Assembly (NCBI GenBank): GCA_000004985.1
Contig: GG738927.1
DNA from: Naegleria gruberi
Taxonomy: Eukaryota
Reading direction: 5' to 3' (one strand)
DNA: 64,000 nt
The notes under the pieces were generated by a model. The model saw only the letters and a program-made list of their open reading frames with translations, made no database searches and was not told the origin of the DNA. Below, in pieces: positions 22,373 through 32,986 of the stretch. The position numbers and the translations under genes are program-made. Position 1 is the stretch's first letter; each line of letters begins with the position of its first letter.

Positions 22373-23557
22373 ATGGAAACACAAGATAGTGTAACGGTTA
22401 AATTATTTAAACCATTAAATCACGATACGAATCCATACTTGTTTGTCAATGATGAACATAGTGATACATCATCTGATGTGAGTAGTAATAGAGAGTTTCA
22501 AAATATGATTGAAGATTTGAGGAGAGAAAGAAAACAAATGGAACAACAAAGTCTCTACGAAAGTCAACTACACTCCTCGAGACACTCTTCATCAGCAGAG
22601 GAGGAAATCAATTCATCAACCTTTACTACTGATTTGGATACTATTCAAGCATTAAATGTATTACAAAATTATATTCTTAAAGAATATGAAACTCTTAAAA
22701 GTAAAATTACTAGAGAATTAAAGGAATCTTGGACGATAATAGATGAAAATGGGAATAGTGTTGATGATGAAATGTCAATACAATCACTTTATCTTGAACA
22801 TTACAAAATCAACAAGATATTTCACGAGCGATTAACTGCTATATATAATAGTTTTAATAGAGAATACTTTTCCTTCAGTAAGGCCACAACTCTGTTAGAA
22901 TTACATAATGCCACTACTGAAATAAGTGCACATTACGATAGAATGTCTCTCAAATTTTCCAAAGCTTCAAAATCATTTAGACAAGTTCCTGAAATTCAAA
23001 TTGTTCAAAGCTCGCCAATTGTAAAGAAAGGCATGTCTTCTCTCTATGAAGATATTGAATCAGATGGAGAAGAGAGTGACGATGATAGTGTAGTTGAACA
23101 AGTGGAAGGGTCTATTCTTACTGAAAATGCCCTACAACAATATAGAAATGACACTAATGAACATGACTATTCTCCGGCATATTCTATTGTTACGAGTTCT
23201 ACAGTGTTGACTGGACCTTTCAGTCCTCTTATCACTCCAGTTAATCCTGTTCAAAATAATAATATATTCGATGATAATCACTCTATTCATACTGTTACAG
23301 AGGATGGCAGTATTGAAGATGAAAATAATAATCAAAGTACAGATTCTGTCAAGACAGTTCATCGAATTGCAACAACACCAAAATTAACTAGTAATAGCTT
23401 TTTCGCTCTTCCTTCCGAACTCGATGGTAGTACCATCGTTACTGAGCTATTACGAGTCATTGTTGAACAAGGTTTACAAATTTCTGAAACATTCAACAAG
23501 TATTACGCGAATGAATTCTACAAGAATGCAAAATTATCTCAAAGTGAGAGTAAATAA
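22373..23557 (+). CDS. Hypothetical protein, 394 aa.
   Basis: Long ORF with ATG at 22373 and an A/T-rich upstream region. No family assignment. Confidence 0.35.
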   Translation: METQDSVTVKLFKPLNHDTNPYLFVNDEHSDTSSDVSSNREFQNMIEDLRRERKQMEQQSLYESQLHSSRHSSSAEEEINSSTFTTDLDTIQALNVLQNYILKEYETLKSKITRELKESWTIIDENGNSVDDEMSIQSLYLEHYKINKIFHERLTAIYNSFNREYFSFSKATTLLELHNATTEISAHYDRMSLKFSKASKSFRQVPEIQIVQSSPIVKKGMSSLYEDIESDGEESDDDSVVEQVEGSILTENALQQYRNDTNEHDYSPAYSIVTSSTVLTGPFSPLITPVNPVQNNNIFDDNHSIHTVTEDGSIEDENNNQSTDSVKTVHRIATTPKLTSNSFFALPSELDGSTIVTELLRVIVEQGLQISETFNKYYANEFYKNAKLSQSESK

Positions 23558-23718
23558 AATCAAAGTATTCAAACAAATTAAATGATTTAAAGGTTGTATT
23601 TGTACAATTTAGATTTCAAAATTGCCTTGGGTGAACCCTTCTAGTTTGTAATTTACAACAATAATCTAAAATGTAAATTCCTTAGAGATCTCAATCCACT
23701 CGTGGCAAAATAATCAGA

Positions 23719-25202
23719 TTAATCATCAGAATCATCAGAATCATTAGAATCAGCAGAATCAGCAGAATCCTCTGAATCCTCAGAATCCTCATAGGACTCT
23801 TCCTCTTCTCTCTTGAATTTTGGAGCAAGAGTTCTCAAAAACTTATCCTTCAAAGCTGCAGGCGTTCTACATGTGTGAAAGGTTGTAGAATAAACTTTCA
23901 ATATCTTAGTCCAATTATCACTGAATCGTCTGTATCCTTCCTCTAACTTGTCCATCTCTTGTTCAGACCAAAATCTTGAGCTAGACTTTTTGGTAGGGGA
24001 AGACAATATTGACCTAGCTGCAGAGTCAGAGAGAACAGTACTATTCCTACTTTTTCTTCGACTAGATTTTCTCTTTTCTGTCTTTTCTAACTTGACAAAT
24101 AACGAGCCTCCTTCCTCTTCCTCCTCTCTTCTTCACTTGTTTCTACACATGTTGTAATACCATTTACTCTATCAGTAATGAAATTTGTATACTTATTTTC
24201 TGTATAATATTCTGAAGTTTTTCTATATTTGTTCAGTCCTTGCAAAGTGCAATCAGGTTCAAATTCTTGCTTCATTTTAGCATTATCATCACTTAGTCCA
24301 GTAGAAATTCTTTGTTTGTCCTTGTTTGGAGTTAAATCAAAGAGTTTTGTTTGCCTTAATCGTTTTTTACCGTTCTTTGATTGAGTTGATGAGGTAGTGC
24401 TTTGGGTGTCCTCTTGATTGTGAATAGATTGTAGAATGGAATCACTATGTGAAATGAAACTCTCTTGATGATTTTCGAGTGGATGAATCTCTGAAGGCAG
24501 TTGTGATGGAGAGGAGGCACCTGCTCCCAATTCTGGTAAATCAGTATCTATTTTATGTTGTACACCATTAACTTCTTCATGCTTGGAATTATTTACGAGA
24601 TTTAGTAATTTATCAGGAATGCAGAATATCAATTTTTCCACATTAATCAACAAGCCAGATAAAGCATCCTTCCTTTCATTTGGTTCTGCTTTGTTAATTT
24701 TCCTCTTCCATGATGCAAGTTTCTTCTCAAACCTCTCCTTTCCGAAACTTGATAATTGGGCTACTGATTTAAATCCTTCTTCCGAAAGTCCAGAAATTAT
24801 TTCCTGTAATTTAGTTATTAAAGCATTCACTTGATCGATGAAAGATGTACTCATCACAGAGTCTTTTAATTGTGATAGGTTTGTAAAAATCTCCTGAATC
24901 TTTACTATTACATCATCACGATTATATTGGTCACCAATGGCTTGCACAAATTTTGCAATCAAATCGCCATGTTCTCGAAAATTATTATACAAATAACTCA
25001 GGACGATTGTATTTGCTTCCGATCGTATTTGTGGCAAGACTTCATCATCGGTAATCATTTCATCAGTTATGTTTGATTGTTCCATTTTTTTTGTCTTGGT
25101 TTGCTGCTTCGAGAGAATTACCAGGTTGGATGCTGGCTTTGCATCGTTTTCTGTCGAATAGGTCTTGTGCCAATTTACGTGAGAGAGTTGATATTTCTTC
25201 AT
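23719..25202 (-). CDS. TRF/Tbf1-like telomeric-type Myb (SANT-like) DNA-binding protein. It is probably two exons (24087..25085 and 23719..24006) with an acidic SD-rich tail.
   Basis: The C-terminal exon contains a single TRF-type Myb domain (RFWSEQEMDKLEEGYRRFSDNWTKILKVYSTTFHTCRTPAALKDKFLRTL), showing the W..E....L..G.......W..I.........RT...LKDK.R pattern. The upstream part is helical and could be a TRFH-like dimerisation region. The first ATG in frame is at 25085. Confidence 0.5.
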
Positions 25203-28200
25203 TCTCGTGTCTAATGTATTTCAAAAGAAGACCACTATTCTCTTCAGATTCGGTTGCCAGGGTTGCGAATGAATCAGCCAATACAATCAAACAACTCATA
25301 ATGAGTGGAGCACCATCACTGGTAAAGACTTTAAGACAACTGATTACGAGTGGATAAAATTCTGAAGCCAGTGTTTTGGAAACGATCATAATCTTACCAA
25401 TTGCAGCTACAGCATGACTTTTCAATGATTTTGGTGCCTTTCTTGATTGCATACAGTTCCTTAGTAGATTGACATATCTAGAAAGAAATCCCTTGGTTAA
25501 GCTTTCAGTAACAGCCCTTTCTAAAACAAGTCCTTTGGCTTGTTCTCTTTGATTTTCCTTCATGCAGTTTTCCTCCTCACCTTCAAAATCATCCTCCTCT
25601 GATATCAGCTTGTCACTATTCTCGTTGAATTTCCTAGTAGCAATAGACCTAATTTCCAAACTATCCCTATAACAAATCTCTCCAACTAAATCAAAGAATG
25701 CACTCATCTTTTCGAGATCAGTTTCTTGTTTTTCAGTAAAATCCTTCCAAACTGAGCTCTCCACTTTTCCAATTCCATAGTAGGCCAATCTTCTATTACT
25801 CTCTGTAGAGTATACCAAGGAAAGGGTCTCACGACCAAATTCTAGTAGTAGGAACGCAATGTTTTCTTCCAAAAAGTTGTCCACAGACTTTTTGAAGGGT
25901 TGATTATTGCTTATTCTATATACCTCCTCTATAATTCTTATTTTCAATGAGATTAGCTTTCGATTACCTTCAATGTTGGAAATCAAATCTTTAAGGTTTT
26001 GAAGAATGTTTTCAAAAGGAATGAATACCAAAAAACTAGAGTCTAACTTGAGCAACAACAACATGGTGAATATTGCTGTTGTTAAATCTAGCTTCTCCCT
26101 ACAATACTCAACCAGAGATCTCAAACTCAAGTTAGGGAAGTAAGTCTTGATTCCACTGAATAAAATCAGCCATGGATCGATTAATTCAGTATTTCTTTTA
26201 CAGGTTACATTGATGAAAAAGCACTATAACTTACGTGATTGATTGCAACAATAAACCGAACTTGAACTTGGATTGAGGATCTACAAAATAGGAAACAAAC
26301 AGATTGCATATTCTCTGCTTAACAGATGAGTGTGTATCCTTTCCAATACAGGATACAAGTTCTGACCAGTCAATCTTCAAACCTTGAATGGTCAGTTTGT
26401 CAAACAAGTTGAACACTGATAGTATGGATTCTTTGCAAAATAGAGGGCCTTCAAGTGATAAAGCTCTCAAAGTGTTGAGCAATTTGGGAATGAATTTGTA
26501 GTAGACTTTTTCGAGAAATTCTACGTGCATTCTCTTACAAGAAATGTCATCATCCAAGTCATTTGATTCATGTTGGAACAGAATACACTCACTTTTTGTG
26601 GATGAAAATCTCACTTTAACATGCGAACTTTGTTGTAATCTTCTACTAAGGCTTTCGAATGTTTCATCAATGAATGGTACCATATTCTTTGGTTGTTGTT
26701 CCAAAAATAACATGGTGTTATCATATAAGGATTGACCTAATTTCTCAATCACATTATTCTTGTATAATTGATATAAATCCAACAATTCGACGCTTTTTTC
26801 AAAGTTGTCTCTACACAATAATAAATCAAAAGCTCTGGTGTAGGGATTTCTTTGTATTAGACCAAATGAAGCATTAATACTCTGTACTCTTGTTGTCTTT
26901 GACTTGTCAGAGATGTGGTCAAGGCAATTATTCTAATTACCTTAATAATCATATTTGAAATGTAACTTACCAAGAATTTGTTAAACTCAACAGCATAATT
27001 ATTCCAATCAACCTGACCCGAAATATCTGCAATTTTCTGGAATGCTCTTGTTCTAACAAAGGCGTCCTTATCGTTTGTTCTTTGAAGTACAATATTCAAG
27101 AAATCCTTATTGAGTATGTTTGCCTCTATCAAGTTGGAAATTACTTCCAAAAAGTATTTTCTAATTGAACCATTTGAGGAATTGGAAATGAAATCCAGAT
27201 CAGAAATGTACATTACGAATACTTTTGGAATTTTCTTTGAAAGGATTGACAACAGCTCTACAGCCTTTGATACATCTTTGCTCTTCTTATTGGTCAACTC
27301 TACCATATTCTGTACAAGTTGAATGAAATAATCCAAAAAGACGAAGGAGAATTCTTCGTTATGATTATGTATATCAACAAGTATTGAGCACATATTTTGT
27401 GGCTCAATTATTCCTTCTATGCACAACTTGGAAATAAATGCGCAAAATCTCAGGTGATATTTTCTTAAATCCTCTTCATCATTGATAATCTTGAACGGTA
27501 ATAGAAGCAACACTTGGAACGCACTCCACAAGCTTGTACTAGACTTTTTTCCTCCATTTGAAAATGCCAATAGGAGCTTTGGTAGGGAATAGTGCACCAA
27601 TTCAATCAAGATTTCCATTCTCATTTGCTTTCTTTTTGCATTCTCATAAAGAAGTGAAGTATAAGAATCAATAGAACCGAGTATCTTTTCCAAGCTACCT
27701 CCCTTCAATTTTCTGTTTTGTGACAGCTTGAAGAGTGAAGCAACTAGAATTAAGAAATGTCTATTGAATATTCTCATCAATAAAGCTCCATCAGGGTTAC
27801 GTGATGATGCCTCACCCTCATTCAATGAAATAGCCTCACTAATTGAATGACATCCATATTCTACAACCCTCACTATTTGACATAAAGTGTCACTACTCAA
27901 TGAATCAAAGGCTAAAACAATACTGTTGAAAATTCTACTATCCAACATCGGGAAAGCTATCATTAAAATTACATGATCACAATACATGAATAATTATTCG
28001 AAACATACCATCAACAATACTATGAAATTGATTTTTAATTTTCATCGGAAAATCATTCAAAAGACTTAACAAGCCTTCACTTGAAATTGGATTCTCTACA
28101 ATCAAACTATCCACAGACTTGAATAAGGATGAATAATCACCCACTCTTTCATTTTCACTCTCCTTGAACAATCCTTTTGAATTCGAAACAAGGCTTTCAA

Positions 28201-28366
28201 AATTCCAAACTTTTGAATTTCTAATCAATTTTGGCATATCCAAATAGCCTTTCTCCTCCTCTTTACTACCATTAGCCAGCACATTCAAATTGATCAACTC
28301 ACCATTATCAGCCTTTCTCTTCTTTCTTGGTTGTTTATCACTTGATTGCTGCTTCTTGTTTGCCAT
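25063..28366 (-). CDS. Large helical-repeat (HEAT/ARM-like) protein of about 1,100 aa encoded by at least four exons. Function unknown.
   Basis: Four consecutive same-strand ORFs (27977..28366, 26857..27987, 26231..26818, 25063..26130) are separated by short gaps or overlaps consistent with introns. An N-terminal basic KKRK segment is followed by long amphipathic helical repeats. Confidence 0.45.
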
Positions 28367-28372
28367 TTTTTT

Positions 28373-29077
28373 TCAATTTGTTTTTGGCGCCTTAGAATGT
28401 TGTTGATCTTTGATAATTTCCTCAACCTTTCTCATTACAAAATTCAAATAGACTCTATCTAAATCACTACAGAATACCTCTGATTCATGCATGGTTTTCT
28501 CTCCATACGAGCCATGGAAACTACTGGCTCCCAATTGTCGATCATCTTGTCTATTGAATGAGGCTATTTCCTCACCACCGAATGAAGTACTTGATGGTTG
28601 CTGCTTGATGAGGACAATAGAAAAATGATGAGCATTCGAAAACATTAATCCAAATTGATTATCAGTGACTAATTGGACAATCTTTGCGAGAAGGTGAAAT
28701 TCTGCCAACAAGTCAGCTCTTCCTTCCTTGTTTAAATCAAAAACATGATCATCAGGATGATTGACTTCCTTCTTATCATTTTCCAAACATTCAAACATCA
28801 TGGTTCTTTCTTCATTGACATAGAATGACCACACTGGAAACTTTCCTTCAATGCAGAGTTTGTATTTTGTAGGGAGTTTATTCTCTTCCGAAGAGGGTGA
28901 TGATGAGGGTGATTCACGTTTGTTATTTCCCTTTCCATTCATTAAAAAACCACTCGATATTGAATATTCATAGGAATGAGAAAGAAAGCAGCCACTCACT
29001 TGTTCCGATTCGTACCAGTTATATGATGAGGATGCCTTTCCACTGAAAGGATTATTCTTATTATTTGAATTGCCCAT
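28373..29077 (-). CDS. Hypothetical protein, 234 aa, starting MGNSNNK (possible N-myristoylation site).
   Basis: ORF with ATG at 29077. No family assignment. Confidence 0.35.
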   Translation of the reverse strand: MGNSNNKNNPFSGKASSSYNWYESEQVSGCFLSHSYEYSISSGFLMNGKGNNKRESPSSSPSSEENKLPTKYKLCIEGKFPVWSFYVNEERTMMFECLENDKKEVNHPDDHVFDLNKEGRADLLAEFHLLAKIVQLVTDNQFGLMFSNAHHFSIVLIKQQPSSTSFGGEEIASFNRQDDRQLGASSFHGSYGEKTMHESEVFCSDLDRVYLNFVMRKVEEIIKDQQHSKAPKTN

Positions 29078-29931
29078 TTTTTTCTGTTAGTTGTAGATTT
29101 TACTAAGTGCAGGTTCGGAGATTTATCTTTTTTTGGGTTGAAAGATTGAATTGGAAATTCATCACGTTTGGAATATTTAAAGATTGATTCTATGAAATAT
29201 AAAATGTCTTGCTTAATAGTGAACGATGGAAGGTGGTAACAATTTGGACATGAATTGTTCTTTTCAATTCTACTGCTTTATTATAATAAGGTTTAGTCAA
29301 ACAATGTTGCTGAATATTTTCCATTCAATCGAAACATGTAATTTCAAACATTATTCTTGATATCGGTCATTGTTATCTCAATCTAAAATGTGCTTCTCTG
29401 AGAATGTCAATATTGTGCTCAAAGGATCTTTGGGGTCTATTTAAAGTCTTTGCTTATCTCTTCAGAAAATGATGTGTCTTGAGGTTTTTGCAGAGTTGGG
29501 GGTATAGCGTGAAACAGGTTGCCAAACAAAGTCATGTACTGTTTTACCTCAAGTATTATCCTTAACATTGTTCTTGATAATGGATATTGCATCATCTTCA
29601 TGATAAACCAAATGCAAAGGATAAGATGCAAGTAATGTATAAATAATTCAACTTCAAGAATAAACATTACCAGAGTAACTGGCAATGCGCTAGAGCAACA
29701 CTATCTACATACATTGTTGTACTCAATCATAGCCATAGTTGATTTTCAATTAGCTCATTCAAGTACACAATAGTCGCACAGTGTAGGCAAAATAAAAAAG
29801 ATTGAAGAGGATCAACTAGAAAAAAAATAACAAAAACACCCTGCCGCTGCGAGTTGCGTTTGTTTGATAACGTTTGAATCTCTCAAAGGATTATCTTCTC
29901 AATAGACAAGTTTCCATTTAACAACAACAAT

Positions 29932-31389
29932 ATGGCACAACAAGGAAGTGATGGAATTGATTCTTTCTTCTCCTCCGCAAACTTCCTCTCTAACTTCAAG
30001 TATACTTCTTCCTCTCATCAAGATGAACAATTATCGACTAGTAGACAATTTTCTGATAACTATTTATCCTCCTCTACCATCATGATGAATAATAATAACA
30101 ATATGTGGTTCTCCTCCAAACCAGCTTCATCATCAAACTTTTTCCTTTCCTCCAATCATCCTTCTTCCTCTGTTAGTACTTCATCAGCAATGAATTCACT
30201 GCAACACCACCTCTCCTCCACCTATCCTATAGCCCCTATTTCGAGATCATTGTCTGATAATTCACTCAAATCAACTCCACTCTATCAATCCAACAATAAT
30301 AACTTTTCACCCGAATCATCCAAGAAGAAGAGAAAACGATGCGATGAAGAGTACGAGAATGATGAGATTGAGTACGATCATTCTACTAATAACATCAATA
30401 ATTCTATTGATTTGATGAGAGAGGCAATGATTCTTCCAACCATCAATTTCCATGACAATATGATGGAAGAGAGTAATAATAATAATGGAGAGGATCATGA
30501 TTCGAGTATGTTCTTTCCACAATCATTCAACATGTTTGGCAATGTGAATAGTGGTCTGATGCAATTTTCCTTGCAGCATCAACAACATAATGCATTTCCA
30601 TTGTTTGAATCGGAAGAAGATATGGTTACGAGTGCTTCATCTGCTACTGGTGGTGTAAAGAAGAATAGAATGTCTCCACAATCACACCTGATTGAATTCA
30701 TTCGGGACAATATTATGCAATACTTACTGTTTCATCTCAAGCTTGATATGAGACAGACCATTTCTGGTGATGTGAATAATAGTGAGGATGTCAAGATGAG
30801 TGATGATTCAACCTCCTCCAACACTACTGGAATTGAACAGGATGTTGTCGATATTACCATACCTGTTGGTCTCTTGTTAGACTATATTGTACAACAAGCC
30901 CAGAGATTGTATTTTAATATGTATGAATATATTAGAGAGCTTGCATCCTCCTCAGTCAAACACCAAAGTAAATCAACAGATAATCAAAAAGAGATTGAGC
31001 TCTCACTTGCCTGTAACGAATTCGAAAAGATGGTTATTGAGCAAGTCCATTTTCTCCTCTCCCAAATCCAACTCATGAGATCCACAAATCAATCCAATGA
31101 TACTCAAATCATTCCAATGCTCAAAAAGTATGACAAGATTTTGCCAAAGAATTTTCACACATTACGATTGGTTAGCAGCACTAATGATGACAGTAGTATA
31201 GGGAGTAATGCTGATTCGTTCACTCTAGAGGGCATTGTGGACGAATCATTTCTCTTCAAATCATCCAGCTCCTCTCCCTCCATTCATAGATCATCCTTTG
31301 CACAAAACTTTGACGACATGAAAACCAATTCCTCCCTTAACGATATTTCCTCACTTCTCCTCAATACCAAGTTTAAATTGTTTTATTAA
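29932..31389 (+). CDS. Hypothetical S/N-rich low-complexity protein, 485 aa.
   Basis: Long ORF with ATG at 29932, highly biased composition, and a structured C-terminal third. Confidence 0.35.
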   Translation: MAQQGSDGIDSFFSSANFLSNFKYTSSSHQDEQLSTSRQFSDNYLSSSTIMMNNNNNMWFSSKPASSSNFFLSSNHPSSSVSTSSAMNSLQHHLSSTYPIAPISRSLSDNSLKSTPLYQSNNNNFSPESSKKKRKRCDEEYENDEIEYDHSTNNINNSIDLMREAMILPTINFHDNMMEESNNNNGEDHDSSMFFPQSFNMFGNVNSGLMQFSLQHQQHNAFPLFESEEDMVTSASSATGGVKKNRMSPQSHLIEFIRDNIMQYLLFHLKLDMRQTISGDVNNSEDVKMSDDSTSSNTTGIEQDVVDITIPVGLLLDYIVQQAQRLYFNMYEYIRELASSSVKHQSKSTDNQKEIELSLACNEFEKMVIEQVHFLLSQIQLMRSTNQSNDTQIIPMLKKYDKILPKNFHTLRLVSSTNDDSSIGSNADSFTLEGIVDESFLFKSSSSSPSIHRSSFAQNFDDMKTNSSLNDISSLLLNTKFKLFY

Positions 31390-32098
31390 ATGTGAATTTA
31401 CTATAGTCAATCGAATATAGGATGTATCGTGAGTAACTATTGCTTGTACTAATAACAAACAAGGTTAGGTATAATATGCAAAGCTTCTTCTACTTGACAA
31501 GGGTTCGAATAAAGCAACAAATGTGGTCGAGTGACTTGGAACGCACTCACACCTCAATTAGCCGTATTATTATTTGCCCAAATGAATGTCAGACAATTTC
31601 CTTAACAATCCATGTCTTCGTTTTGAGATGAAAACACTCTCAAATTGAGATGGAGCCAATCTCCTTAGTTCTGTGTCTCCCTTAATTTAGATCTTGACAT
31701 TAATAATGGTTTTACATCACCCTTAATTAAGATCTTTACAACGCACCTCAACCTTGTTCTGTGTCTACAACTTATATATTCAGGCATTCGGAGAGTCAAC
31801 GATTAAGGATTTTGTATTGCTAGTTGTTTCAATAGCTCTTTATTTAGCCAATGCCACTTTCCTCAAAATCAAATTTATCCATTTCTAGTAAGCTCCATGT
31901 TTAGCGGTCTTCCAAATTAGGCCTTCACTAAAGACATACTCATATGAACCAATTGAGATTGACTGGAGATTACGTCTCTTTAAGTTTTTAAAACGAAAAT
32001 ATCAAAAAAAACAAGCAAACGCACGCTTTTACAAAGCAAAAGAGAAAAAATCTCATTTCTGCTCTCTTTTCCAAAGCTCTCTTGAAGCACCTTTGAGC

Positions 32099-32728
32099 AT
32101 GATGAATCCATCATCAGTAACAACAACACTACACAGGAGTTTGTCATGGAGTGGTGGTGGTGGCTTGAATAATAGCAACTGCTCTAAATTCTTTAATCAT
32201 ACTATAGCGAGACAACGTCAAATTAATCAGAGAAGAAAGATGGTGAATTTTGAATGTGGTTGTTCATCGTCCATGTCATCTGAAGCTTCGTTATCGACAA
32301 TGACAAACTCATCAACAACAATGAATAATAGCACACCAAGATATTTCTCATCCAAACATGGGAGAAGAGAAGCAACAAGTGATAGTTACTTGTTGAAATC
32401 AAATACAGTTCGAAACTATTCTCATGAGACTCGACAACATGTGAGTCGACCTCAACGGGTCTTACCTAAAGCTCACAATCCACAATCACTCTTATTACTG
32501 ATAAGAAGTGTAATGGACAGTGAAGAATTCACAACATTATCTGGAGACGAAAGTCCAAAAAAACTCCACAAGCAATTCCAGTCCACTGAATCTCTCAGTT
32601 TACCAACTGAATCCCAAATTGTAATTAATCTTCCAACCTTTACCATTAATTGTATAGGTTTTCTTCGAACCCAAATCCACAAATTTGTAAATTATTTCAA
32701 TACAATCTTCAATAAAACCATGCGGTAA
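32099..32728 (+). CDS. Hypothetical Ser-rich protein. The ORF-track start at 32093 is TTG; the first ATG is at 32099.
   Basis: ORF only. Confidence 0.3.
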   Translation: MMNPSSVTTTLHRSLSWSGGGGLNNSNCSKFFNHTIARQRQINQRRKMVNFECGCSSSMSSEASLSTMTNSSTTMNNSTPRYFSSKHGRREATSDSYLLKSNTVRNYSHETRQHVSRPQRVLPKAHNPQSLLLLIRSVMDSEEFTTLSGDESPKKLHKQFQSTESLSLPTESQIVINLPTFTINCIGFLRTQIHKFVNYFNTIFNKTMR

Positions 32729-32986
32729 TAGTAACTAATACAAACTTTCTAATATTTCAACAATATAATTTTCCAAGTTAGCTGAGTACAATTTATTTTA
32801 ATGAGTAACATGATATTCACAATGACCTACAAGTTAAAACAATTAACTATTCTTGATAGTGGTAGAAAAGAATGTATCGAATATCTTGAAATCAGCTGCA
32901 ATCACATAGGTTCCGAGGGAACCAGACAACTTGAATAATGTTAGAAGCATTAGCATATTATTACAATGAATAAAGTACACGTTGAA

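Noticed and set aside
23719-23800. Regular short direct repeats (gaatca/gaatcc units) that could superficially resemble a repeat array or CRISPR.
   Set aside because: They are in-frame codon repeats encoding a DSDDS/DSEDS acidic tail of the Myb protein. There are no spacers and no cas genes, and the context is a eukaryotic gene.
31400-32090. Gene-poor AT-rich intervals (31400-32090, 29100-29930, 59160-59900) as possible non-coding RNA or mobile-element remnants.
   Set aside because: No terminal repeats, no transposase or RT ORFs, no tRNA-like or rRNA-like structure recognisable by eye. They are most simply intergenic or UTR/promoter DNA.
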